This document shows, piece after piece, positions 19,317 through 28,256 of a stretch of DNA of 64,000 nucleotides. Position numbers and translations under genes: made by a program. The stretch comes from an uncultured Gammaproteobacteria bacterium. Its GTDB lineage: Bacteria > Patescibacteriota > Patescibacteriia > Magasanikbacterales > UBA922. Within the stretch, counting starts at the first letter, position 1. Each line of letters starts with the position of its first letter. The DNA lies in assembly GCA_964566225.1 (NCBI GenBank), contig CAZMHV010000001.1, forward strand, positions 149,963 to 213,962, written 5' to 3'. Under the pieces are notes generated by a model that saw only the letters and a program-made list of their open reading frames with translations, was not told the origin of the DNA and did no database searches.

Positions 19317-20062
19317 ACCGAGTCAGTGGGGAAGTGTGGGCTGCTTGGTGTGAAGTTACACCATGAGTTGCCTACAAATGAGCTAAAAGAGGTGTGTTAT
19401 CAAAAGTAATATACTATGTCGCACAATGTATCTTATGCGACTTACTATACACAGGAAAGTATCTCTTACTCTTGAACTCTCTTGAGGTTATGGTATTTGA
19501 CCTTGGCTTGGAATCTGGATCTTGAGTGCTTATAATGTACTTTTTTACTGAAATATATAAACATATAACTCTGTGTTTATATGTAATATTTTTTATGGTC
19601 ACGTATCATTTGTGTACATATGTTCTGTCATTGAGGTTACATCATATACTTGAGAGGCTTTTCCCTCTGTGTAAAATCAAGTTTTAAGGTCCAATCATAC
19701 CAGCCCATTTTTTTGTTTTTTTGAGTGAGTAGTATGTTTGTACCTTTTTTTCAAAAATCGCAAAATTCAAAAAATTTTTATGTATGAAAAAAAATTATTT
19801 TTTCTTTTGAAAATATTTTTTTTATTTCTACAAAGTTTCGTTCCGGTATGAGTTGTATCTAATACAATGTTGTTCTTGTTGTTCACGTCTGTTGTCTACA
19901 AATCAGTGTCCCCTGGTGCCCTCTCTCTGACAAGGTTCAATATTGTGCGACACATGAGTAGGGTACCATGTTTTTAAACAAATAACGTGAATGCTTAGTT
20001 TTTTATATATAAAAAATATCCCTAGAATAAATCCAGGGATATTTTGATATAATGTAACTCAA

Positions 20063-20857
20063 TTACAGTAATGCTTGAATTTGAGCATCGAGTGACTCAA
20101 ATGGTTGTGCACCACTTACAGGGATCTTCTCCCCTTTTGGCCCAAGGATAATACTATGTGGAGTACCTTGTACACCGGCTCGTTGTCCATCAGCTTGATC
20201 TTCAGAGATTTTGGTAGCGTATTTTTTCTCTTTTACGCAGGCATCAAACTTACTGGTGTTGAGACCAATTGATTTGGCATATTCGGTGTAAGATCCAGTT
20301 GAAACAACTCCTTTTTCAAAAAGCATATCATGCATTTGCCAAAATTTGCCTTGTTCTGATGCACATTCTGATGCCAATGCTGCTGGCATAGCTTGTGGGT
20401 GAAAACTCAAAGGAAAGTGACGGTATACAACACGTACATCCTTTCCATATTTTTGTTCCACTTGTTTTACCGTTGCTTGAAATCTTTGACAAAATGGACA
20501 TTCAAAGTCAGAATATTCAACCAAAGTAATTTTAGCATTTTTATTTCCCAAAACATGGTCACGCTTTTCATCAACTTCACGTAAAGCAATATCTCCACTT
20601 GGGGCATCTGGAGCATCAACAATAGAAGGAGCCGCAACATCATTGTTGGCTACTGATTTTGGCATATCACCTCTCAAATACATTGAAAGCAATACAAAAA
20701 ATCCAATTGTACACAAAATTAAAAATCCACCACTGAGTCCTAAAATAAAGGTTTGTTTTGGACTGAGTGCGTTTAAAACTGAGTCACCTTTTTTTGGTGC
20801 ATCATGATGATGGTCATGTCCATGATGATCATGACTGTGGTTCTCCGTGTTTTCCAT
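20063..20857 (-). CDS. Membrane-anchored DsbA-like thiol:disulfide oxidoreductase with a His-rich N-terminal tail
   Basis: Thioredoxin CxxC motif (ECPFCQRF) in a DsbA-type domain, one TM helix, and an N terminus MENTENHSHDHHGHDHHHD. The start is set at the Met downstream of a TTGTGC-N17-TACAAT promoter, not at the ORF-track start 21028. Confidence 0.72.
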   Translation of the reverse strand: MENTENHSHDHHGHDHHHDAPKKGDSVLNALSPKQTFILGLSGGFLILCTIGFFVLLSMYLRGDMPKSVANNDVAAPSIVDAPDAPSGDIALREVDEKRDHVLGNKNAKITLVEYSDFECPFCQRFQATVKQVEQKYGKDVRVVYRHFPLSFHPQAMPAALASECASEQGKFWQMHDMLFEKGVVSTGSYTEYAKSIGLNTSKFDACVKEKKYATKISEDQADGQRAGVQGTPHSIILGPKGEKIPVSGAQPFESLDAQIQALL

Positions 20858-21030
20858 AGAGATAAAATTAAAAATATACCTAAATAAATAAGGTGACAGG
20901 ACAGCCGTATTGTAGCATAGCTCCAAAAAGGGCACAAGGGGAAAAAATATTCCCTTGTCAAGTCCACAGTAATATTTTGTTTTGCTCTCTTTAATACAAA
21001 CTTTTTTGGTTTTTTCTTTCATAAACAAAA

Positions 21031-21093
21031 AGAGAGGAAGGGGAAAATGATGCTATGCCTGTCAGCTAACATCATTTCCCCTTTCCTCTCTTT
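21031..21093 (-). terminator. Very long (~23-bp stem) hairpin downstream of lexA and upstream of the dsbA-like gene
   Basis: AAGAGAGGAAGGGGAAAATGATG-N17-CATCATTTCCCCTTTCCTCTCTT, with a U-rich tract after it on the minus strand. Confidence 0.5.
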
Positions 21094-21237
21094 TTGTGAA
21101 GAAAAATTGTATAGATCTTTCTTTCTATTATTTGTTTTTGTTTGTATTTGTTATTCATCTCTGCTCTAAAGAGCTATGACGAATAAAGCCTGCAGTTTTT
21201 CTGCTTACTGGATACTGGCTATGTTCCAATAAGATTA

Positions 21238-21816
21238 CTATATATATTTACGAACTACTCCTGTAACGACTCCTCCTACACGTAGTTGTTGGCGAGGATA
21301 TATATCTGGATACTTAGGATTTGCTGCTCGTAAAAAGACTTTGTTTCCTTTTTTCATAAAGTATTTCAGTGTCCATTCGTGATCAACCTCTGCAACTACC
21401 ATACTTCCTGGTTTTGCAGTACTGTTTTTGTTCACAATTACCATATCACCCTTTACAATACCAGCATCTTTCATAGAGTCGCCATTTACTGTGAGTAAAT
21501 AGGTGGCACTTGGTTCATGTATGAGGAGGTCATTGAGAGAAACGAAATCAACTACTTCATCTGCATCGGTTGGGAATCCTGCTTGGATAGTACCAAGCAC
21601 TCTGATGCCATAGAGTTTTGTGGTAGGGATAAGTGTCCCTCCATCACTCTTACGCATGAGTCCATCTTCAATAAATTTTTCGACATAGGAATGCACTGAT
21701 CCTTTGGATGTGATGCCAAAAACATTGGCAAGTTCCGTGTACGTGGGCAAACGTTTTTGTTTGCGATAGTACTTGATGAGTTGAGTTTTTCTTTTCTCAT
21801 AGAGGGTGTCAGTCAT
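21238..21816 (-). CDS. lexA: LexA repressor (S24 peptidase)
   Basis: N-terminal wHTH, and a C-terminal domain with the catalytic Ser in VNGDSM and the Lys in VVTGVVRKY. The start is set at the MTDTLYEK Met, which sits directly downstream of two SOS boxes. Confidence 0.85.
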   Translation of the reverse strand: MTDTLYEKRKTQLIKYYRKQKRLPTYTELANVFGITSKGSVHSYVEKFIEDGLMRKSDGGTLIPTTKLYGIRVLGTIQAGFPTDADEVVDFVSLNDLLIHEPSATYLLTVNGDSMKDAGIVKGDMVIVNKNSTAKPGSMVVAEVDHEWTLKYFMKKGNKVFLRAANPKYPDIYPRQQLRVGGVVTGVVRKYI

Positions 21817-21839
21817 ATGAAAAAAGTTAGAAGTAAAGA

Positions 21840-21851
21840 GAACGTACGTTC
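21840..21851 (-). promoter_or_regulatory. Cheo-type LexA operator (SOS box 1): GAACGTACGTTC, a perfect palindrome
   Basis: Matches the GAAC-N4-GTTC consensus of Gram-positive-type LexA boxes and lies ~25 nt upstream of the lexA start. Confidence 0.7.
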
Positions 21852-21866
21852 TATATATATTATAGA

Positions 21867-21878
21867 GAACATACGTTC
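21867..21878 (-). promoter_or_regulatory. Cheo-type LexA operator (SOS box 2): GAACATACGTTC
   Basis: Second GAAC-N4-GTTC site 27 bp from box 1, with an AT-rich -10-like TATATATATTAT between the two boxes. Confidence 0.65.
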
Positions 21879-22015
21879 TTGTGTCAACACGTGAGTTATC
21901 CACAACAAAATTCTTTTGGTTGAGAGAAAAATAGAAAAGGTACCGCTTACAAACGCTACCTTGTCTTATAACTTTTTGAAGAAAAAAGTGGATGGTGGTG
22001 TGCATCCTCCTTTCG

Positions 22016-22369
22016 TTATTTTTGGACCACATAACTCCAGCCTTTGAAGCATGAGCACGCCCACTGTCCAACAAGGGCGCTTTCGTAGCCAGAGGCTAGA
22101 GTTTGGTGAGAAGAGGCTTCCATGGCCTCCAAAAAGCCCTGTGACGCATGAAATTCAGCGATTTTGACGAGATCTGCACTGCTTTGACCGTGAGCCATCT
22201 GGCTTTGCGGATAGCAAGCAACAAATCCTCCGTCTCGCTGAAGTCCTTCGTTTGTACGGTGAATCCGTTTGAGGGCTTCTTGGTGGTCTTTGGTTACCTC
22301 TTGAGTGTGGTAGTAGGCTCCTCCACAACCATAAGAGACACAAACAGACACCAAAATGAGGCGCTGCAT
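22016..22369 (-). CDS. Hypothetical small lipoprotein-like protein (weak call)
   Basis: ORF with a signal-peptide/lipobox-like N terminus (LILVSVCVSYGCGG). GC content (~50%) is above the genome background. Confidence 0.3.
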   Translation of the reverse strand: MQRLILVSVCVSYGCGGAYYHTQEVTKDHQEALKRIHRTNEGLQRDGGFVACYPQSQMAHGQSSADLVKIAEFHASQGFLEAMEASSHQTLASGYESALVGQWACSCFKGWSYVVQK

Positions 22370-22390
22370 ACGACTCCTTATGACGCAGCG

Positions 22391-22711
22391 TCACTTCAAC
22401 AGGATGGTCCGACACCACCCAATTTTTTCTTCAATTACAAAGTCAGAGTGTACCTCAAAATTTTTATAAATGCAACCATCAAAAACAAAAACATCCCAAG
22501 TTGTCTTGAGATGTTTTATAGAAGCAAAGGCGCACGCGAACCCGAAGAGGTTCAACCAGTGGACGTCGATCAGGAGGCTGAAGACGCTGACCCTGCTGTA
22601 GATGGCACGGGAGATGAGCCCCATGGCAATCGTGGCCAGGATGGCCGCGCCGTAGACGAAGAAGGTGTTGAGGGTCCGATACTGAGAATCGTTCACGTTG
22701 ACTCCTGGTAG
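22391..22711 (-). pseudogene. GC-rich fragment encoding a membrane-protein-like peptide; probable remnant of horizontally acquired DNA
   Basis: Roughly 60% GC over ~170 bp, encoding ...YRTLNTFFVYGAAILATIAMGLISRAIYSRVSVFSLLIDVHW... with no credible start. It is overlapped by an antisense ORF and lies adjacent to a tRNA. Confidence 0.3.
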
Positions 22712-22844
22712 AGAAACAGCTGGGGAGGCTGTTTTGAAAAGAACCCCAGAGGGCGAGACTATTTTCCCCAAACGCCGCTCCGGAAGAAAACCCCCCTCTT
22801 TTGAGAGACTTTTTCTTCCAAAGCCAAGTTGACCAAAGATACTA

Positions 22845-22872
22845 ACAAAAAACAACCCTTTTGTCAAGGGCT
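22845..22872 (-). terminator. Rho-independent terminator downstream of tRNA-Val
   Basis: Hairpin AACAGCCCTTGACAAAAGGGTTGTT followed by TTTTTT on the minus strand. Confidence 0.6.
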
Positions 22873-22875
22873 GTT

Positions 22876-22952
22876 TGGTACGCACTGAGGGATTCGAACC
22901 CACGACCCTCTCGGTGTAAACGAGATGCTCTAACCAACTGAGCTAAGCGCGC
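22876..22952 (-). tRNA. tRNA-Val (anticodon TAC), CCA encoded
   Basis: The hand-folded cloverleaf has a 7-bp acceptor stem with two G-U pairs, D stem GCTC/GAGC, and a perfect 5-bp anticodon stem TCTCG/CGAGA with loop TTTACAC. The T arm GTGGG-TTCGAAT-CCCTC has one T-T mismatch. Confidence 0.8.
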
Positions 22953-23002
22953 ATTATGGGGAGTAGTATAATCTATCTCCCCTTTTTCGTCAAGTGCTTT
23001 TT

Positions 23003-24646
23003 TTATGACTTTTTCCCCAGTAGGGCTGCCTTCACAAATTCACGGAATAATGGGTGTGGACGCATGGGGCGAGATTTGAATTCAGGGTGGAATTGTGTGC
23101 CTACAAAAAATGGATGATTTTTGAGTTCGACAATTTCAACGAGTTCAGTTTCAGGATTAATTCCTACCACTTCAAGTCCTGCGCTGTCCATGGCTTCACG
23201 GTAGGTATTGTTAAATTCGTAGCGGTGGCGGTGACGCTCAGAAATAACATCTTCGCCATAGGCCTTGGCTGTTTTGGTGCCTTTGCGCAGTGCACAGTCA
23301 TAGGCTCCAAGACGCATGGTGCCACCGTATTTGCCTTCTTGAATATTGCGTGCTTGAAATGGATTCACTTGAATGACTGGATCTGGTGTTTTGGGATTTA
23401 CTTCCATGGTGTGGGCTTCTTTTTTGCCAAGTACATTGCGTACAAATTCAATACATGCCAATTGCATGCCATAGCAAAGTCCAAGGTATGGAATTTTATT
23501 TTCACGTGCAAAACGAATCGCATTTATAATTCCTTCAATACCACGTGATCCAAATCCACCTGGTACGAGAACTCCATCAAAATCTTTGAGCATTTTGACT
23601 GAAGCAGGATTTTTTTCAAATTCTTCGGAGTCAACCCAAGACAATTCTGGCTGTGCATTGTTGAACCAGCAAGCATGTTTGGCTGCTTCAATCACAGAAA
23701 TATAAGAATCAGCCAGTGTAAAGTTTCCTGTACCAAAGTATTTGCCCACCACGGCAATCTTCATGACTTTTTTGGCAGTTTTAATTTTGCCGACAAATCC
23801 TTCCCACGCAGAAAGATCAGTTTTTTTGTTTTTCATGCCAAAAATTTTGAGCAGTTTGTTGCCAACATCTTGAGACTCCAGCGTCATTGGAATTTGGTAA
23901 ATAGAAGGAACATCTGGTGCAGAAATAACATTATCCTTGTGTACCCCACAAAATACTCCGAGTTTTTCACGGCGAGGTTTATCCATTTCCATAGCACCAC
24001 GTGCCACAATCATGTCGGCATTAATACCTGCACTGTTGAGGGCACGTGCTGCATGCTGCGTTGGCTTGGTTTTCATTTCACCAATGTGTGAAGGAATTGG
24101 CAAATAACTTACCAAAACAAAAGCAACACTGTTTGGATCTTCAAGTTTCATCATGCGGGCAGCTTCGAGGAACAAAATATTTTGGTATTCACCCACGGTT
24201 CCACCAACTTCGATAATAGTAAACTCTGCCTTGTGACTACTGGCTGCGGTTTTGATACGACGAATTACTTCTTCTGGAATGTGTGGTACCACTTCTACAC
24301 AACGTCCTTTGTATTTCATGGCACGTTCATTTTCAATGACACTCAAATACACACGGCCCGTTGTCATGTAGTTTGGAGATTTTAAATCAACATCGAGAAA
24401 GCGTTCGTAGTTTCCCATGTCTTGATCGGTTTCGTCTCCATCGTCAGTCACAAATACTTCTCCATGTTCGGTTGGATTCATGGTTCCAGCATCAATGTTT
24501 ACGTACGGATCAATTTTGATGGCCGTTGCAGTAAACCCTTTGGCTTTCATAATGGCACCAATTGATGCAGAGGTAACTCCCTTGCCTACTCCACTAAGAA
24601 CACCACCAACCACGAAAATATATTTGTGCTTGAGTTGTTTTGCCAT
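23003..24646 (-). CDS. pyrG: CTP synthase
   Basis: N-terminal synthetase domain (KYIFVVGGVLSGVGKG) and a C-terminal glutamine amidotransferase with the catalytic Cys in GLCYGMQ. The start is set at MAKQLKHKYIF. Confidence 0.95.
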   Translation of the reverse strand: MAKQLKHKYIFVVGGVLSGVGKGVTSASIGAIMKAKGFTATAIKIDPYVNIDAGTMNPTEHGEVFVTDDGDETDQDMGNYERFLDVDLKSPNYMTTGRVYLSVIENERAMKYKGRCVEVVPHIPEEVIRRIKTAASSHKAEFTIIEVGGTVGEYQNILFLEAARMMKLEDPNSVAFVLVSYLPIPSHIGEMKTKPTQHAARALNSAGINADMIVARGAMEMDKPRREKLGVFCGVHKDNVISAPDVPSIYQIPMTLESQDVGNKLLKIFGMKNKKTDLSAWEGFVGKIKTAKKVMKIAVVGKYFGTGNFTLADSYISVIEAAKHACWFNNAQPELSWVDSEEFEKNPASVKMLKDFDGVLVPGGFGSRGIEGIINAIRFARENKIPYLGLCYGMQLACIEFVRNVLGKKEAHTMEVNPKTPDPVIQVNPFQARNIQEGKYGGTMRLGAYDCALRKGTKTAKAYGEDVISERHRHRYEFNNTYREAMDSAGLEVVGINPETELVEIVELKNHPFFVGTQFHPEFKSRPMRPHPLFREFVKAALLGKKS

Positions 24647-24696
24647 AGAAAAATAATTAGATTGATCGACAAAATTATAACATGAAATATATAAAA

Positions 24697-24725
24697 AAGA
24701 AACCGGTCGCCTCAGGCGACCGGTT
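24697..24725 (-). terminator. Rho-independent terminator after rplI
   Basis: Hairpin AACCGGTCGCCTGAGGCGACCGGTT (minus strand) followed by a U-run, starting right after the rplI stop. Confidence 0.75.
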
Positions 24726-25160
24726 TTAGGAGACGAGGACACTCATTTCTGCTTCGAGTCCATGTTTGAAGGCCACAAAACAGGTGTGTCTCCCAGATTC
24801 TTTGATGGGACGTTTTATTTTGATTTGTTCTGGTTTCAGGTTGACGCCAAATCGAGCCTTGATTGCTTTAACAATGTCTCCAGCCCCCACAGCAGCATAA
24901 AAAGCTCCATCTTGGGCAGAGGCTTCTATTTCGATTTCTTCACCATCAAGCTTGGCAGCCAGTTGTTGAAGTTTTTTGAGTTCTGCTTCACTCAGTTCTT
25001 TTTCTTTGGTTTTTTGTTGTTCTACTTTTTTGACCAGTTCAGGAGTAGCAAAAGTGGCTTGTTTTTGCTTGATCAAGTGACGTCCAAAACCCTCGGAAAC
25101 TTCAATAACCTGACTTTTTTGGCCAGTTTTAGGGATATCTTGAAGGAGGAGGATTTTCAT
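24726..25160 (-). CDS. rplI: Ribosomal protein L9
   Basis: N-terminal domain MKILLLQDIPKTGQKSQVIEVSEGFGRHLI and a C-terminal globular domain joined by a long helix. Confidence 0.85.
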   Translation of the reverse strand: MKILLLQDIPKTGQKSQVIEVSEGFGRHLIKQKQATFATPELVKKVEQQKTKEKELSEAELKKLQQLAAKLDGEEIEIEASAQDGAFYAAVGAGDIVKAIKARFGVNLKPEQIKIKRPIKESGRHTCFVAFKHGLEAEMSVLVS

Positions 25161-25340
25161 AAACCAGTGAGCAAAAAAGCAGTGCGCTTGCTCAGATTCT
25201 TTGGAGCAAACGAAATTTCTACTGTTTGCAAAGCAAGACAGAGAGTGAATTCTCCTTTTAGTATAGAGAAAACTTGAAATTTATGCAAGAGGGTGGTAGG
25301 ATAAGAGAATAATTCAATTGTTAAGCAAAGAATCAACCCT

Positions 25341-26318
25341 ATGGGCAAGAAACAGACAGAAGAACCAATAGTAAAAAAATCAGGCTTTGTTGCCCTTATT
25401 GGTCGTAGTAACGTGGGCAAATCAACCCTGCTCAATACATTGGTCGGCACCAAAATTGCGGCTACCAGTTTTCGTCCTCAAATGACTCGCCATATTATTC
25501 ATGGAGTTATGAATATGCCAAATGGTCAGGCTACATTTGTGGATACTCCAGGTATTTTAAAAATCAAAAAAAGTCGTCTCAGTGCAAAACTCCAACACAA
25601 AGTAGAAGATATTCTCAATGATATTGATGTACTTATTTATGTAGTTGATCCGACTCGTGATATTGGACAAGAAGAACGTGGTATTTTTGGTATGATCCGT
25701 CACCTTGATATTCCCAAGATTTTGGTTATCAATAAAAGTGACTTGCATAAAGAAGACCGTGCTTACCAAGATAGTTATGAACAGTGGTCCAAAGAATTTG
25801 ATGCTACATTTTCACTTTCTGCACTTCGTGCCTCACACATTGATCCACTCAAACAAAAAGTAATGGAATTTTTGCCAGAAGGTGAACCATTTTACTTGGA
25901 TGAACAACTCACCAACATTGATAATCGTTTTTGGATTGCAGAACTGATCCGTGAAAAAGTATTTTCTGTTTTTGAAAAAGAAGTCCCCTACTCTATTACA
26001 GTAGAAGTAGACAATGTCGAAGAAAAAATGGTTCCCAAAGCTGCTCCTAAAGTTCTCGACGAAAAGAAAAAAAATAGTTCACAGCGAAAGGCAGCTGCCA
26101 TTGCCAAAGCAGCACTTCCCAAAGAAGAAATGATTGTGATTCAAGCACGTATTCTTACAGACTTGGAACGTTTCAAAAAAGTTATTATTGGACATGGGGG
26201 AAATAAAATTAAAGAAATTGGTGTGATGGCAAGGCGTGAGCTTGAAGCAGCATTGAACCGAAGAGTATTTCTTGAGTTAGAAGTTGAAGTCGATCCACAT
26301 TGGGTGGAACGGATTTAG
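25341..26318 (+). CDS. era: GTPase Era
   Basis: G1 GRSNVGKST, G3 DTPG, G4 NKSD, and a C-terminal KH domain with an inserted Lys/Ala-rich segment. Confidence 0.88.
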   Translation: MGKKQTEEPIVKKSGFVALIGRSNVGKSTLLNTLVGTKIAATSFRPQMTRHIIHGVMNMPNGQATFVDTPGILKIKKSRLSAKLQHKVEDILNDIDVLIYVVDPTRDIGQEERGIFGMIRHLDIPKILVINKSDLHKEDRAYQDSYEQWSKEFDATFSLSALRASHIDPLKQKVMEFLPEGEPFYLDEQLTNIDNRFWIAELIREKVFSVFEKEVPYSITVEVDNVEEKMVPKAAPKVLDEKKKNSSQRKAAAIAKAALPKEEMIVIQARILTDLERFKKVIIGHGGNKIKEIGVMARRELEAALNRRVFLELEVEVDPHWVERI

Positions 26319-26327
26319 TATTTTTGT

Positions 26328-27692
26328 ATGTTGCATCTCTACAACTCTCTCACCAAACAAAAAGAAGCTTTTCATCCCCTGCACGAACATGAGGTAGGTT
26401 TGTATACCTGTGGACCAACGGTCTATCACTATGCACATATTGGCAACCTGCGTACCTATGTGTTTGAAGATATTTTGAAACGTGTTTTGAAATACAACAA
26501 CTACCATGTGAATCATGTGATGAATATCACGGATGTGGGACACCTCACTGATGATGGTGATAACGGTGAAGATAAAATGGAAAAGGGTTCCAAACGTGAA
26601 GGCAAAACTGCCTGGGAAATTGCCGAATTTTATACCAAAAAGTTCCAAGAAAACATGCAGGATTTGAATATATTGGAACCAAGTGTGTGGTGCAAGGCAA
26701 CGGACCATATTCCTGAACAAATTGCCATGGTTGAAACTCTCACCCAAAAAGGTTTTACCTACACCACCAGCGATGGCATTTATTTTGACACGACCAAAGT
26801 GCCGGACTATGGTAAGCTCGTAGATTTGCAAAATCAAGAACTTCAGGCTGGAGCACGCATTGATATGGGTGAAAAGAAAAATCCTCATGACTTTGCCTTG
26901 TGGAAATTTACTCCGGCAAATGAAAAACGACAAATGGAATGGGAAGCCTTTGGACGCATGGGATTCCCAGGTTGGCACATTGAGTGTAGTGCCATGGCTA
27001 CCAAGTACTTAGGGAATCAATTTGACATTCACTGTGGAGGCATTGACCACAAGCCTGTGCACCATACCAACGAAATTGCCCAAACTGAATCTGCAACGGG
27101 TTTGACTCCTTGGGTCAACACCTGGATGCACGGAGAGTTCCTCACCATTGATGGTGGCAAAATGGCCAAATCTGATGAAAATTTTCTCACACTGGAACTT
27201 CTTATCAAAAAAGGCTTTGATCCCCTCGCCTACCGCTATTTTTTGCTTCTAGCGCATTATCGTAAACAACTTTCATTCTCATTTGAAGCACTTGAGGCTG
27301 CTCAGAATGGTTTATACAACTTGCGCCGTAAAATTGCTGAAATCCCTGACCATGTGGCCAAAGACCAACACCACAGTGACGCATTTTTGGCAGCGATCAA
27401 TGATGATCTCAACATGCCAGAGGCATTGGCTGTGGTATGGAATGGTGTCAAAGAAGGCACTCTGAGTATAGAAACCATTATTCATTTTGATAAGGTACTC
27501 GGACTCAACTTGCACCAACCCAAAATGACCGAAGAACCTATTCCAGAATTTGTCCTCAAACTGCTCGGTGAACGTGCGAGTGCGCGTGAAGAAAAAAACT
27601 TTGAGCGCAGTGATGAACTTCGTGATGAAATGCTCCTTGCGGGATATATGGTAGAAGATACCAAAGATGGACAAAAATTGAAAAAACAATAA
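26328..27692 (+). CDS. cysS: Cysteinyl-tRNA synthetase
   Basis: HIGH-type motif HIGN in CGPTVYHYAHIGNLR, the KMSKS-type motif KMAKS, and Zn-binding Cys residues. Confidence 0.9.
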   Translation: MLHLYNSLTKQKEAFHPLHEHEVGLYTCGPTVYHYAHIGNLRTYVFEDILKRVLKYNNYHVNHVMNITDVGHLTDDGDNGEDKMEKGSKREGKTAWEIAEFYTKKFQENMQDLNILEPSVWCKATDHIPEQIAMVETLTQKGFTYTTSDGIYFDTTKVPDYGKLVDLQNQELQAGARIDMGEKKNPHDFALWKFTPANEKRQMEWEAFGRMGFPGWHIECSAMATKYLGNQFDIHCGGIDHKPVHHTNEIAQTESATGLTPWVNTWMHGEFLTIDGGKMAKSDENFLTLELLIKKGFDPLAYRYFLLLAHYRKQLSFSFEALEAAQNGLYNLRRKIAEIPDHVAKDQHHSDAFLAAINDDLNMPEALAVVWNGVKEGTLSIETIIHFDKVLGLNLHQPKMTEEPIPEFVLKLLGERASAREEKNFERSDELRDEMLLAGYMVEDTKDGQKLKKQ

Positions 27693-27697
27693 TAAAA

Positions 27698-27724
27698 AAC
27701 AGCCTGTATCAAGGCTGTTTTTTA
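27698..27724 (+). terminator. Bidirectional rho-independent terminator between cysS (+) and the downstream minus-strand gene
   Basis: Hairpin AAAACAGCCTGTATCAAGGCTGTTTTTT. Confidence 0.7.
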
Positions 27725-27739
27725 TTACATATAAAATTC

Positions 27740-28234
27740 CTAAAAGGTTACTGGGACCACATATTGATCATCGTTGGCTGGTTCACCCGATGGATTATCT
27801 TTTTTGAGAATCAATGTTCCTGTACTGCCTGCAGGTTGTGCTGGAAACGTAATGCTTACGGTAAATGGTACAAAGTTGGTGGTCATCCAGTCTGATTGGG
27901 CCTGTGCTACCCCGGTACCAATAACTACATTGGCGTTATTTTTGAGTTCTACAGGAAAGCTTGCCTCAAAATACCAGTTGCCTTTGGCTTCACCTGTTAA
28001 CACAAGTGGATTTGGAAGTGGAGAAGTTACTTGAGATGAGTTTACGTGAATGAGCTCATGTACAGGAAATGCAGGCGCAGGCAATATAGTAACAGACGTT
28101 TCTGCTGCAGAGGGGTTTCCTTCTGGGTATGAGTTGTTTTCCGTTTGTTGTATTGATTTTTGTAGGGGTATCAAAAATTTCCAAGCAAGAAAGATAATTA
28201 CTACGCAGATAATGATTCCAATAGTTTTTTTCAT
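27740..28234 (-). CDS. Secreted protein with a Gmad2-type immunoglobulin-like domain
   Basis: N-terminal TM/signal segment plus GEAKGNWYFEASFPVEL...FVPFTVSITF, resembling PF10648. Confidence 0.5.
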   Translation of the reverse strand: MKKTIGIIICVVIIFLAWKFLIPLQKSIQQTENNSYPEGNPSAAETSVTILPAPAFPVHELIHVNSSQVTSPLPNPLVLTGEAKGNWYFEASFPVELKNNANVVIGTGVAQAQSDWMTTNFVPFTVSITFPAQPAGSTGTLILKKDNPSGEPANDDQYVVPVTF

Positions 28235-28256
28235 AGGTATACAAAATAAATAAAAA

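Noticed and set aside
20858-21028. Longer N-terminal extension of the dsbA-like ORF (start at 21028)
   Set aside because: A TTGTGC-N17-TACAAT promoter lies inside this extension, and the extension has no TM or His-rich character. The downstream Met at 20857 is preferred.
21817-22074. Longer N-terminal extension of lexA (start at 22074)
   Set aside because: The two SOS boxes and -10 element lie inside it; LexA proteins are ~200 aa, which matches the start at 21816.
22148-22711. 187-aa + strand ORF between lexA and tRNA-Val
   Set aside because: It lies antisense to the GC-rich fragment and the small lipoprotein-like ORF. No start context, Asp/Glu/Gly-rich tail. Likely spurious.
23054-24385. 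Several + strand ORFs (164, 138, 67 aa)
   Set aside because: Antisense to pyrG.
25157-25453. 98-aa minus-strand ORF overlapping the era start
   Set aside because: Overlaps the well-supported era N terminus and the rplI upstream region; no homology.
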